A stretch of 64,000 bases of DNA from the NCBI RefSeq assembly GCF_001194135.2, contig NC_068983.1:26993201-27057200 (forward strand), read 5' to 3'. This document shows positions 1 through 13,167 of the stretch, in pieces (position 1 is the stretch's first letter; the number at the start of each line of letters is the position of its first letter). The stretch comes from Octopus bimaculoides. Its lineage: Eukaryota. A program made the position numbers and the translations under genes. A model generated the notes under the pieces. It did no database searches. It worked only from the letters and a program-made list of their open reading frames with translations, and was not told the origin of the DNA.

Positions 1-67
1 ATGATAACACTTCCAATCAATTAAGATAAGAAACCATGAGAGCCACTACCTGGTACTGCGTCAGGGC

Positions 68-121
<54 letters not shown>

Positions 122-305
122 CATTATTATTATTATTATTATTATTATTAATATTATTATTATTATTGAGAGAGCAGGGCATGCCATGAAAGTGACACTG
201 GGGTAAAATATACGAAGCCCATTATACCCTTCATGACTACTCGTCTGATAAGGGTACACCGGGCACATGCATCACAACCATATGTGCGCGAAATGATGAT
301 CTACC
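1..305 (-). mobile_element. Abundant dispersed repeat, probably the 3' UTR region of a non-LTR retrotransposon (R4/Dong-like by recall), with an internal (AAT)n tract; runs off the window edge
   Basis: The minus strand reads ...cgcgcacatatggttgtgatgcatgtgcccggtgtacccttatcagacgagtagtcatgaagggtataatgggcttcgtatattttaccccagtgtcacttt..., then (AAT)n. I recognise this as a common cephalopod repeat from memory. No coding motif is present here to confirm the clade. Confidence 0.4.
68..167. repeat. (TTA)n microsatellite
   Basis: About 33 near-perfect TTA units, directly visible. Confidence 0.95.
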
Positions 306-1050
306 TCTGACGGAATTTCCCCAACCTTCACCTTGGAAGTGCGTCTTCCCAGGTATGTCGGCAGGAGAACCAGGTTTGCTGTTTTCAAACAAGTGGTAGA
401 GCGTTGTTTCGTTTTCTCCTCTGTTTGAAACCGAACTTCAACGGTCGCAATTTTTTTGCCTCTCGCCACATACCTCGTCTCCTGCCAGATAGGCTTTGAG
501 TATTTTCCTTTGTTTCCTTAGAAGCCATGTCTATATTTGTTTTGTTTTCACCGAAAATGTCTTATAAATTACGGTTCTCGTTTTTGTAGTGTGTGCAATA
601 AAGCCTAGTGGCGTCAACTTTACATTGTCCCTCTACTTTTATAGAAGACATTTGTATTTATCCAATTCGATGATTTTCATGCTTACAGTTTCGCTATTAA
701 CGATAGCTACTGATGCGAAATTTACATTACTCTTGTTTCTGGTAGCCCTGTCTTCATTTGTACATTGTCCTTTTTTTTTTTTTTTTGGTATTCAGTGACT
801 CCGGGAATATCTCATCCGCTAATTCAGGAAGTTCGCCTTGGTGGGCGTCTTTGGGAGATAAAGTTGCTCACCTTTTTTTCATGTTTTCAAAAATATTAGA
901 AAAATATAAGTTTCGCCCCTTTAAAAGGGGGAAAATCGCGAAAAACAGATCTGCTAATAACAGCACGTGTCTTGTAATAACACCAAAACTAACAAATATT
1001 AATTCAACAAGAAAAATGTAACAATACCTATCGTTCTCACACGAAAAACA
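300..1050 (-). mobile_element. Degenerate 5' portion (5' UTR and ORF1 N-terminus) of an L1/Tx1-like LINE
   Basis: The minus-strand peptide ARGKKIATVEVRFQTEEKTKQRSTTCLKTANLVLLPTYLGRRTSKVKVGEIPSEVD (ORF 272-469) and the upstream frameshifted KTRTVIYKTFSVK resemble the RRM-like region of L1/Tx1 ORF1 proteins (recall). It is broken by stops and frameshifts. Confidence 0.45.
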
Positions 1051-1439
1051 ACTGCACTCTCTCGTATGGTTAAATGGAAAACATAGAGGGAAAAGATTGT
1101 ATGAACAAATGAGTAACAGAAATGAATAAATAAGAATTAATAAGATAAAAATAAAAAAAATAAAAAATAAAACATATCAAAATTAAATAACAAAATTATG
1201 AATAATACAGTAATAAAATAAATAAAAATAGAATAATAAAATAGATAAAAAAACGAGAGAAAATAAAAATATGATAAATAGATAAAATAAAAGTATAAAA
1301 ATAAACACGTACAACAGTACCAGAAATAAACGAATACAAAAGACTAATAAAAAAAATTAATTGAAAATAACCGAATAAAAAATAAAAGAATAAACGATAA
1401 AAGTTATAAAGAATAAACAAATTAATAAATGAGTGAGAA

Positions 1440-2480
1440 TGAGATAGAGTAAAAAAATATTTTGTGAGGAAGGTGCAGGGACAGTGATTGACAAGTGGGA
1501 GTTGTGTGGAGTCGGAAAGGAGTTTGGGTGTGTAGAGTAAAACGTAATTCTGTTTGAGGTGGAGTCAAGAGATGGTGGAACCATTGTGTCGTCCAGGGTT
1601 GAAGACGGTGATATCTGCGGTGGAGTGGTTGGCCAAGCGAAAATGACAGGCGACGTGGGTGTTCGTACGTAAATGAACATCTCATGAATGTTTGGTCAAC
1701 CGGTCGGCTAGCCTGTGGCCCCGTCAAACCAACGTAAATTCTTTTGCAGAGATTACACCTGATGCAGTAAGTAAGGCTGGAAGAAGTGCAGGAGAAAAGG
1801 AGTTCCTAGTATAGAGGGTATGCTGTTTGGATCCAGTTAGGGACTTGATGTGAGAGATGAAGGGACAGGTGTGGCAAAGGGACCTGGAGCAAGGGAAGTA
1901 TCTGGGTTGGCCTGGAATGGATAGGGGAGGGTGCTATGGACCAGTAGATCGTGTAGGTTACGGGCGCGTTTGAAGGAGGGTGAGGGTGGGTTGGGAAAAA
2001 TATGGAGTGTGGTGGGATCTAGCTGGATGCAACGGAAATCCCGTGGAATCCTCCAAAGAAGGGGAAGGATGGTGGGGTGGAAAAGGTGGGGAAGAGGATG
2101 CGGTTGGGGGATAGATGTAGGGAAGGAGAGACGTTGATGGTGCGATCGATTAGACGAGAGCAGGTAAGGGCAGTTTTGGACATGTGTGGATGGGTATCCG
2201 CCACGCACGAATAAGCTGACCAGATACTGGGACTGGTTCTCGAAATCCTTGTCCCGGCTGCACAGGTGTCAGAAGCGGAGGAACTGGAAGGAGGGTATAG
2301 CCCGTTTTGTGTGAGAATGATGGGAGGAGGAAAAGTTCAGGTAGAGTTGGGAGTCCGTGGATCTGCAGAAGGCAGATGTGATGAGAGTGTGGGAGGGGGA
2401 GATCAATCGAGAGATATCCAAGAAGTTTATAGAAGTGTCAGAGATGGTAGAGTTAAATTGGAGAGAACTATGACAGTTAG
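1440..2480 (-). mobile_element. Penelope-like element relic: RT C-terminus/thumb, linker and GIY-YIG endonuclease
   Basis: Frameshifted minus-strand translation gives LQFNSTISDTSINFLDIS...STDSQLYLNFSSSHHSHTKRAIPSFQFLRF*HLCSRDKDFENQSQYLVSLFVRGGYP (thumb), DPTTLHIFPNPPSPSFKRARNLHDLLVHS (linker), FSCTSSSLTYCIRCNLCKRIYVGLTG.RLADRL (GIY-YIG) and DVACHFRLANHSTADITVF...LRFTLHTQTPF. A pyrimidine-rich 3' tail follows at 1100-1440. Confidence 0.85.
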
Positions 2481-5400
2481 ATATGAAAGAGATATATATT
2501 TATGACCCAAAATAAGCCCTCACATATCATTAATAATATACATCATACCTATTGAACCAGATGTACAAGAAAACATTAATTAAATTAAAATCATATTAAA
2601 ATATTATCTAGCTAAACCACTTCCTACTTGGTTGACAATTACCTAACTATTAAATTGTTTCAAGTTTACGAAAAGTTTTACGTTGCAAACGTTTTAAGAA
2701 GTGCGGATGAACATTTTGCTCTCAAATATTATTCCCTTATTTCCGAGTTCAAACTTCCCATTCGATTTCAAGTTTCGCAACGTAATAATTATTTCCCCTC
2801 GTCTATCTATCTCACTGCTACAGTTAAATTATAATATGTGCGATGTTGAATTTAAGAATATTTTACATCAGGTTTATAACAAAAAATTGTTGTTTGAAAT
2901 GCACTGTAACCTAAATCACTTCAGCAAATTAAATAGTAATTGTTAATGCAATATATTCATTTAGATATAAATGCAATATATTCATTTTAAATATAAAGTA
3001 ATCGATATATTGTAGAATATATATATATATATATATATATATATTCTTTTTTTTTAAATCAACAAGTTTCAATATCTGTATTAATGTTCGAAAATTGCCT
3101 GTCGAATATTCCTATGACATTATCTTTGATAATGCATCATATATTTGTTTAAGCATCATCCTACGATTTACTGATAACAGCTTGATATTGTTTTCTTTCA
3201 ATCTGTAATTGCTATTAGCGACCTGAACAATGATTTTAATAACACGTCAATTTCAGCTCATTAGAACTCAACATTTTGCTTCAGATATTTATAGCAATCG
3301 CAGAGTATGGCTAATAATATTTCTGTCTCAAACGAGAGCAATACGTATCCTAGGGTTACTTTACACAGGATACACTGTTGGACCTATATGATAATTGGTG
3401 ACACAGACAACCGAAATCATTTGTGCACTGATTGTAAATCATATTACTGTTTTTAGTGTTAATTAGTCATCATCCAGTAATCCTATTATCATAAGCTATC
3501 CATTCGTTGCCACCCGTGTTTTTGTATAATGGGTCTACACTGCGCGTGGTAGTATCTTTTATGCGAGATAATCTGGTATGATTTAATTCAAATGTTCCTA
3601 CTTGTCGCAGCTCGAATGACATGTTATAAATAACGACTAAATTATGTTACGTCAAATATTTACATACGATAAAGCTATATACTTAAGTTTACATTACATA
3701 ATATGATTCTATAATTATCGAAAAAATTGGAATGGTCAAGGATTGAAATCTTTTAATCAATCACTTTATTAATCAGTGCTGAAATAACTGGTGCAATAAC
3801 AATATCGAGTAATCATTATAACAAATAGAGATCAGGCAATTATTTCGATAATTAACCTTAGCTATATGTGGGCTGTTCTGTAGAAAATTGTGTCTTTTCT
3901 ATTCTTTGTGTTGTCCTTGTAATTACATCTAACTAATAATCATGATATAAGTTAATTATATTTATATGTGTGGAGTCAGTTGTAGATTATATACGCTTGT
4001 GTGTTATGTTTTAGAACGAGCTCTGTTCGACATTTAGCTTCCTTTTTAGCACTGATTCTTCATATTTTGATTTTGAAAATGTATATTTACTTTCAATCAT
4101 ATGCCCGATTTTTATTATCGCTTCAACCTCTCCTCGGCCTCATTCTGCATGAAATGAAGATAATGGTGCGTTGATGCTGCCTTTTATAGTTGGCTTTAAG
4201 AGATCATAGGGATGATATCGGAACTGATAAAATCATAAACGACTGATCCAAAATTGTTTATGAGCTTAGATACGCTCATTGTATATTTCACGTGTTCTAC
4301 ACCTTATTATTGATTTTTGTTAAGCATTTTGCTATTAATAGAACTCCCCAAACTAACCTATAGATATCTTTGTAGAATTTCACACAGGATGGTAGTATTA
4401 TCATCTATGAATACAACCGCATTTGATACTCTGTTCAACTGACTATGAGTGTTAATATGCTTGTTAGTGTATATGGATGTCTGCATACATTCATGCTTCA
4501 ATCTATTTATATACACATGTTATATTGCATGAATATAAGTGAGCAATGTGTATGTATATGTGTGCGTTATTCATATGTACACATGTAAGTAGAAGCATAT
4601 TTACTACACGAACGCGCGCGCGCGCACATATTTATGTGTGTATCTGTGTATCTGTGGGTGCTTGAATATGGGGCTGAAATGAACGGAATAGAGTTGGTGA
4701 GAAAGTAACAGCATGGAAAAGGTAAAGGGAGACTTAAATAACAGTTTGTAGCTTGAAAAGATGTAGAAATTAGGGAGTTTGATAATACACGGTAAAGGAA
4801 TGTACAGTGTTACAGAAAAACAAATCTTAGCTAGTGAGTTAGATAATCACGAGGGACCTACTCAACATACAGCTACCTATCCAAACTGAAAACAACACAA
4901 AAGGTAAGCGCATTTAACTAAACTGAAATTCCATTAGGTACAGCAGTTAGACTTTCTTGTTTTGCGATGCCTTAGAAATAACAACCGAAACATTCTATAA
5001 CCTATAAGTTACACTCTAGCGATATAAAAGCGAATGACCTATTAGGTGCAGAAGAGATCTCTATTATAATTCTGCTTATTTGTTCCTTTACACTTTACGT
5101 TGGAGTCAGTTATAGAAATAGTGATGTGAAGTGACTAAAAATTGAGAGTGAGAGATTTTGAGAGGAATGATAGATAGGGAGGAGGTGGAGTGAAAAGTAC
5201 AGGGAGGAGGAGTAAAAGAAAGAAATATAGAAGAATGAGGTGAGAAAGAAATAGAATGCGTTACGCTGTCACGTAGTTAGCTGAATGGTGAAGCGAAGAG
5301 CGAAAGATAAAGAATTAATCGTTATTGCATGATTACGTGATAGACAAGATAGCTGAACGGGGAAGTATAGAGAAAGTAAGTTAGAAATTCAATGTTTAAC

Positions 5401-5769
5401 CGAATGGTTACGGTCTGGTAGTGAAGTTAAAGAAAGGCAGATAGATAGTTAGAGAGAGAGAAACATAGACAGAGAGAGAAACAGAGACAGAGAGAGAAAC
5501 AGAGACACAGAGAGAGGCAGTTATTTTGAGACTGAGATCCAGAGAAGAGAGAGAGAGAAATGATAATGACGTGAAGAGGGGAATGAAATGGTTAAAAATC
5601 TGTTGAGGTAAGGGATAAAGGTAGAGAGAAAATGAGAGAGAGGTAAATATAAAATATTTAGCGGAGGGGAATGTTAAACATCAGTTGTCGGAGTTGATAA
5701 TGCATCGGCAGATAGCAGATAGATATGAAACAAGCAACAAACCTGAAATGAAGTGAAAAATGTTCTTGG

Positions 5770-5906
5770 TTGGCAAGCAACTTAGACTGGTGTTTGTTAC
5801 TGAAAACTAGAATGATGATGATGATAGTGGTGAAAACGATGATGGTGATGGAGGTGGGGTAGTGAAAAATGTAATTTTTTTATTGAACTTAATTTTTTTA
5901 TCACCT
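5770..5906 (+). repeat. Copy 1 of a ~140-bp local direct duplication
   Basis: ttggcaagcaacttagactggtgtttgttactgaaaactagaatg...gaaaaatgt...ttattgaacttaat...tatcacct aligns closely with 7199-7341. Confidence 0.9.
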
Positions 5907-7198
5907 ACTTCTTAAATCACACGCATGAGTGCAATTATTTCTAATCTACTTTCTTGAAAATTGATGTTTGGTCATATAATATGGAGGTTACTGCTCTGGC
6001 TGTCTGCGAATCCGACCTGCATCAGCTTTCTTTTCCCCATGAACCTCATTTGTAACTTGAAGATTGAAGACTTGTGTTCAAATAAGTTAAAATATATGGG
6101 CATTGAGGATAATAAGTTTGTATTTTCATAGATTCAATTTACTCTATTGGTATCTTGGTATATTTTAGGTTTCTCCGTTCCTTATTTTGTGTATATCAGA
6201 ACGTAGAAACGATTGGAATGCTGATTGAAAGTCCAACAGTTGCTTATACTATATGACAATCTACACATATTCAGAATGGGAAATCCTTTAACTTTCAGGG
6301 TATCAATCAGATGGTCTGGCTGTATGCCAGTTTATCAACGTATTCAGTATTTGTATGTTTCGAACCTTCAAGCCTTTTACTCTGTTTTTCTCATCCCTTA
6401 CTCACATTAGCTTTCTCACATATAGAATTGTATGTGCCGTGTGAACGATATTTTATATTTCTAACTTATGAATAATGTTGAAATATATTCTAGTAATATC
6501 AAAAGTCATGGCGCTAAATGGTAGCTAATGCCAGGCTAACATTTTAGTTTTTTTTTTTTTTTTTGTTGGGCAAATGGAGTCAAGATAATCATAATATATT
6601 GCTTTCCACGTGCACTTTCAACGTTGATTTTATTTCGCGTGCAACTGTGTAATAGGAAATGTTTCACTGGACTTCATTTATTCAAATTCATTAAAAACAA
6701 AAACATTGATTTATCTCATAATTTATTCGATTAATGACTCTTCCATACTAAGCAGGGCATCTAATTGATTTAATTCAATTCACATTATTCCGGGGTGAAA
6801 TTAATGGGAAATTAGCGTATATATTTGATTGTAATCCTAGAACATCTTGTGATTTGCATTCATATGTTGCATTTGCATTTGCTGAGCCTCATCTTCTTTG
6901 GTACAACTGTTGAAGTTGATATATGAAATGATTTCTTCCTGAAATCTACTAATCAAGGCTCCATATATTGCAATCATTTATCGTAAATTTAAAGAAAAGA
7001 ATACTGAAAACCATATTGTACAATTTGTAAAATCTCATGGATTAGAACACAAAATGTTAAATGTTTGAAGATGTTAAATATTCCAAGAATGTATTTGTTA
7101 AACAACTATTCTCTCATAAACTATCGTGCAATTTTGACGAAGCTGATACTTTCTCTTTCATTAATTCATTTCACAATTTTAGGTTGTTTACAATTAAC

Positions 7199-7341
7199 TT
7201 GACAAGCAGCTTGGACTGATGTTTGTTACTGAAAACTAGAATGGTAACGATGATGATGGTGGTGAAAAAGATGATGGTGATGGAGGTGAGGTGGTGAAAA
7301 ATGTTTTTTTTTTTATTGAACTTAATCTTTTTTTATCACCT
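7199..7341 (+). repeat. Copy 2 of a ~140-bp local direct duplication
   Basis: ttgacaagcagcttggactgatgtttgttactgaaaactagaatg...gaaaaatgt...ttattgaacttaat...tatcacct. The flanks do not align with those of copy 1. Confidence 0.9.
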
Positions 7342-9719
7342 GCATTAGAGCATTTATCTTATCGTGTGTACTTCACATTCGACTTTGCTTTGGATTTTAC
7401 AGAAGTTGTGATCAATGAGCTATTAGATACTAGACGATTCCTAACAATGTGCCTTGAAGCAGTTTGCTACGTCTCTTATACATACAGATTTAAATATTCG
7501 TTAGTATTATCCATACACCGTTTCTAATTATTTGTGAAATTTTGCCAATATAAGAAATCAGCCTTGTACCTTATAATATTTAATATCGATATTTAATCAA
7601 GAAAAGATTTTAAAACTCTTTTGTGTGCTAATGAAATGTCACATATTTTGTGATTATTTCAATGTTTCAAGCTTTACAGTTTATATTTTAAAAGCTAAAA
7701 TCACACTTAGAGTCATTTATTTTCGATTTCAGAACACTTGGTAGATTAACTCTTATGTATAACATTGGAAATGTCTGGATATTACCTACGGACAATGGGT
7801 AATTTAATCTAATTATCGAACGTACGTATATGATTTACAAGAATATAACTGTGGATTTATGTGTGAAATTATATATATAAGACGGATACTTCTACGACAT
7901 ATAAATATATATTCATTCTAGTATTCCCATTGAAATCGTACGTTATATAAGGCCGAATATGAAACATTTCTTCTTCTACTAATTATGAACAGGATATTAA
8001 ATACTGCTCGTGCCGTTCCTCCTAAGGGAGAGACAGATATGCGTTTATTAAATATATAGTTGAGACCGAAAGTTTAGAACATTAGTTTATCATTTATGCC
8101 AGACCAAACAGTCAGCCATATGATACAGCTAAAATTTCAAATTTCACATTAAATGTATTTACATACATTTATGATATATGTAAAGATTGCAAATTTTTGG
8201 AATTGATATTTAGGTCAATGACGAGATAATATTTCACTGTATATCACAAAGAAGCTGACATGAAATTATCCGAGACGATGGGATGTTTAGGTGAGTGCGA
8301 ATAAAAAAAAAAATCCTTCAGTCCAAAACTCGAAAACTCATCTTAACGTTCTTGAAACTAGTAGTCTAATCACCGTACTACACTCTACCACTCGAAAAGA
8401 AATATCAAATGAAGATGCACCAAAACTTATTCCTGATTATTTCGCGTGCTGTACTGAATTGAAATGTGCCTTTTTCCCAACATCAATATAGAATGATCTT
8501 TATTATTTAATTCATTCTTAGGGACTAAAATATGTTACAATAAATAAATAAAATTATTTCCGTCTCTAGTTCAAATTGCAATTAAATGCAAGACATTATT
8601 ACAAAGCGTGATTTATTCACTGATTTGGTGTTAGGTTAATAATGTATAATAAACATGTATGTTTTTCACCTTTCTATGTTATATAGAAGCTTATTTCATC
8701 GGAAATTTACCCTAAACGAAATTATATACATTAGGTATACAATTTGCTTTCATTGAATTGCCCTCGTGTAACAGACATCTTTCTATGTTCAGCATCTGTA
8801 TGTCTCGGATTAATAAACGGGTTCATTGTTACAAGCTTAAACAGCTGCAACTTAAGGATAAAGATGTCATATGAAAACTATATAACTCATTTATTTTAAG
8901 GAGTTCCGATAAAGGCAATCTAAAATGATGTAATCTTATATCTTAATTTAGTATGCATTCGGATGATATGATTAATGTATAAATGACAAATAGATGCATG
9001 AGAATTTTGTATAATAGAATACGATTAGGATCTGAAAATAAAAGAAAATTAAATTACCGTGAATAAAAGTATTTTGAATAATGATAGTACATACATTCTC
9101 AGACCAGTAAGATTTAGAGAGGGATGTCAAAGGACAGATATATAGATATAAACATTAATATGATGATCTCTTAACTTTGTGGGGGACCATAGATGGCAAG
9201 TTGATTAAAAAGACCAGGACTACAAACCGAAAATATTCTTTTTTGGATGTGTATGCGTAGGTTTCGACAGATACGTATACTTATGACTATAAACTAAATA
9301 CCTTCTCTTGATATACTGTATTTCTTTAAAATTATGTCTAGTATGAATGGTCTCAAATAGATACCGGCGTCATGTTAATTGCAAATAGAACACTAATACT
9401 GAAAAGCATCGTCATTACTTCACACAATTTAGGAAGAAAATACTTGTTCCTCACCTCTCTGAAGTCTATTCTCACCCCGGTCTCGAGTTGAGCCCCGTAT
9501 AAAACCTCTAAAGACGATACTTATGATGGTCCCATTACCTCTTAAGGTTGAAGATTTTATTATTTCCTATTCAATGTAAAACGTTCGCTCATTATTTAAC
9601 GTCAGATTAATGACAGCTGAACTTGAAATATGGCTGGGGATAATTAAACCATTCGTGAGATAAACTATGAAAAGAATAGTCTATCGTTGCCTGCAAATCA
9701 AACCCAGGTCTATACTTAA

Positions 9720-10190
9720 ATATTCCAACACCAGAAGACTTAAAACTAAAGCCTATTATTGCTGGCCCAGCCTGTGAAACACCGCCTAAGCAACTTTATA
9801 GACATATGTTTAAAACCTTTCCTCAAATACATTAAGTTTCATAAGAGACGATCTGGACATGCTAGAGCATCTACCAACATCCCACAACGAAGAAGCTCTA
9901 TCAGTCTCCTTCGATTTCATCAACCTCTACACGAACATTCCACATGACTAACCTGCCTAACATGTCCTAACCTGCCTAGGTTGTCGTCATAATTTTGTGG
10001 GTCAAAGGAGCTTAATACTGGCAGATAGCACTGAGCGGACACATCGACAGATGCGCAAGTAAAAAAACGCCGAATTTTCGTATCTTCCCATTATACCAAC
10101 GCAAAGATTCAATCTCAGTACAAGAACGCCTAAAGAGGGAAAACATGTTCATGCAAAAGTACAGATCACACCTTAATATACAACTTTGAC
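9720..10190 (+). mobile_element. Internally deleted Penelope-like element: RT N-terminal motifs joined directly to GIY-YIG
   Basis: IPTPEDLKLKPIIAGPACET / HRLSNFIDICLKPFLKYIK / FIRDDLDMLEHLPTSHNEEALSVSFDFINLYTNIPHD (PLE RT, matching SFDxxxLYTNIP). It continues at 9967 with LTCLGCRHNFVGQ and then HIDRCASKKTPNFRIFPLYQRKDSISVQERLKRENMFMQKYRSHLN (GIY-YIG C-terminus). Confidence 0.85.
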
Positions 10191-10337
10191 CATTTTCAAA
10201 AAATTCTACTAAGGAGGCAGTTGTCTCCCTTGCCGCCTGTTGCTCCCTTGGTTTACTCTCTAAACTCATTCTTCTTATTCTTCAAACATCCAAAATGACG
10301 AAACCCCTTTGTCACGAGAACTAATTACTGTACAATG

Positions 10338-10377
10338 TCCCTTGAAAAGCTAATTTAAATTGCGAAAACCGGTTGGA
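10338..10377 (+). ncRNA. Degenerate minimal hammerhead-like relic in the PLE 3' UTR
   Basis: TCC-cttgaaaa-GC(t)AATTTAAATTGC-GAAA-aCCGG-TT-GGA. It has a near-palindromic helix II, GAAA, a palindromic helix III and a TCC/GGA helix I, but the core is mutated away from CUGANGA. Confidence 0.3.
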
Positions 10378-10545
10378 TTTCACGACATGCATATATGTAT
10401 GTATTTATAAAAAAGATATTAAACTATATGAAACGAAGTCATTTCTCTTCCCTTTTTTATATTTTTTACACATATTTTCAATGCATAATTTTGCCACGTC
10501 GTCTATATGAATCTTCAGTGTCTTTACACCTTGCATATATATGTG

Positions 10546-10554
<9 letters not shown>

Positions 10555-10627
<73 letters not shown>
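10555..10627. repeat. (TG)n microsatellite
   Basis: Directly visible. Confidence 0.95.
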
Positions 10628-10631
<4 letters not shown>

Positions 10632-10906
10632 TCTGCGTGCGTGTGAGAGACAGAGTGTGTGTAATATATTATATTAAAGATAGAAATAGCGCTTTATATA
10701 CTTTTATTTATTTATCATAGGTCTACTGCTGCTTCAGATATGCAGGCGGTAGCATTTAATGTTCAATTTCTTTTTAGTTGATCGATTCTTCGACTTAGAA
10801 TATTCGAAACAGCCCTTACAATATCTTCACCCGAAACAAAATAAATCAACTGCCACAGAAAAGGAAGTGAAAATATATTGACGTCTATACATATAAATAT
10901 ATATAT

Positions 10907-10941
<35 letters not shown>

Positions 10942-11999
10942 GAGAATATGAGAGGCAATTATGCGGACAAAACAAATTAGACATATCAAATATATTAAAG
11001 GTATTAAACATCAGATACAAGATATGTGTATATGTACACATGCAAAATACGAGGAAGCAAAAGGTGGAAACTTTCATATGATGAATCTTTATGTATAATC
11101 ATATTTTCTCTATCGTTTGTACTCTGTGAAGTTGCAGCTATTAATAAAATTGTCTATATATCTATACATAAATATTCATCGTCTGAAAGTTTCCACTCTT
11201 TGCTTCACCTCTTTTTGCATGTATACACATATACATATATTTAGATGATGTTTAATATATTTAATATATTTGATGTATCTAATTTGTTTTATACGCACAA
11301 TTGCCTCTATACCCGCTCAACTTGGTCCCTCTTTTGGTCTTACTTTATCTTATGGAATGATCCACTGCAAAGCATCGAAATCTAAGCTTGAATTTCTTGA
11401 GCACTACTATATTCTACATGGAAAACTCTGGCTTTCATCTGTGAACTTCATACACAAAAAAAAAACATAATTGGAACAAGAGCGTAACAGGCGACAACAA
11501 AACATTCGGACAGTTAGATGATACAAAAAAAAAAGGAACAGGAAAAAGCATGGAGGGGTCATTCGGAGCTTATATATAATTGTTAAAAAGGCAAAAGAAA
11601 CATCTCAAGTCGAATACAACATTATTATAGGAAGAAATTCAAAATCTTACATCTGTTTTGGGGATATCCTCAAATATGGGATATTCCGTCATCGGAGACA
11701 AATAGGGAAAGTATAGGAAACATGAGAATGGTATATATTAATAAGATGACGACATAGAGGAAGGGAGTAAAATAATAAGGAGACGGAAAGAAAGAAGAAA
11801 AAGAAGCATAATTGTTCATAATTCAACTTTCTGAAGTTATAGAAACCAGAACTTGAATCTTAGGTGAAATCCTGCGTAGATCCATGAACTTAAGTCTGTA
11901 GGTGCAATCCTGTGTATATCCAAGTGGTTTAAACTCCTGATATATTAGACATCCCAAGAAACAGGCGCGTTCAATAACAGAATGGCAACAATTAAGTGG

Positions 12000-12990
12000 T
12001 AAAAATAAATACAAGAAAAGAAATAGAAAGAGAGGTAGATAGAGTGAGGTGGGGTGTTTTATGGATTGGCTATAGGATAAAAAATAAGTGCATAGCTATA
12101 AGAATTGTGTACGGGGTAGCCGAGAAGATAAGAGAGAGGAGAGAAGATAACAGAGAGAAAGATAGGGTAAGAAAAATAGAGCAAGACCAAAGGAATTTAA
12201 AAACAGTAACTGATGTCTGGAAATCTTAGTCTAAAGTTGTTGAAGAGGAAATTTAGTTGTAATTGCTTGTGTCCGTTCTGGCTAAGGTCAGTGGCTGTAG
12301 AGTTATTTTTCGCAATGGGACTATGGGCATGTATATAGTTGATAAAGGAAGAGCTAGCTGAAGGTTAAATTATTTATGAGTGGGAATTAGAGTTAGGGGG
12401 TTTATATTAGGGGATTTATTAGGTTAAGATTTAAAAGTAAATTAAGGATAAATTAAAGAAGTAATATTTTTCTCATAGTGTGATGGAGTAAGGTAGATAG
12501 AAATGAGGTAAGACATAAGGTAGAATTAAGAGTTATAGAGGTATAGAAGGGGTATGTGTTAATGATCGTAAGGGTTTGCATATGGGTGCTATTGGTGGCG
12601 GTATGTGAGTTTACATTTAGATTTATGAAACAATTTACAAGTGCGGAAGAGTTTATGCTTAAGCGTAGTGAAGGCCTCGCTGCATTTATTAAGCAATGGT
12701 GGAGAGGTGTAGGTTAGAATTTTGAGTGCTTCTTATAAGCAAAGTCTATAACTTGAGTGTTGGCCCTGATATGGGGTACACAAGTCTATTATAGCCCAAG
12801 TAAGTTTATAGTGTTTTTTTTTTATTAATTAGATCGTGTACGTGGCTGGCTAGTGAAGTTGAATATGGAATACCCAATACTCGGGGATATCCCAGAAACT
12901 GCTGTAAGATTTTGAATTTCTTCCTATAATAATATGTGACTTCTGATGCTTGCCATGCCTTAACGTTTGCTGTCCTGTCTAAAATATTAT
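12000..12990 (-). mobile_element. Highly decayed Penelope-like relic (linker, GIY-YIG C-terminus, pyrimidine-rich tail)
   Basis: Weak minus-strand motifs: FLGYPRVLGIPYS, PTLKL*TLLIRST, HSPIAKNNSTATDLS and RTQAITTKFPLQQL. The purine-rich + strand at 12000-12180 resembles the tail of the 1440-2480 copy. Confidence 0.4.
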
Positions 12991-13126
12991 ATATACGTTG
13001 CATTAGAAGTCTGCAATGGCTCCATAAGTACCGTCTCGGCTATAACCTTGGAGCCCCAGTAATCCGTTACTGCACTTATCTGGCATACCTAATCGTTTAG
13101 ATCACATGTGAGCTAAAACCTTATAT

Positions 13127-13167
<41 letters not shown>

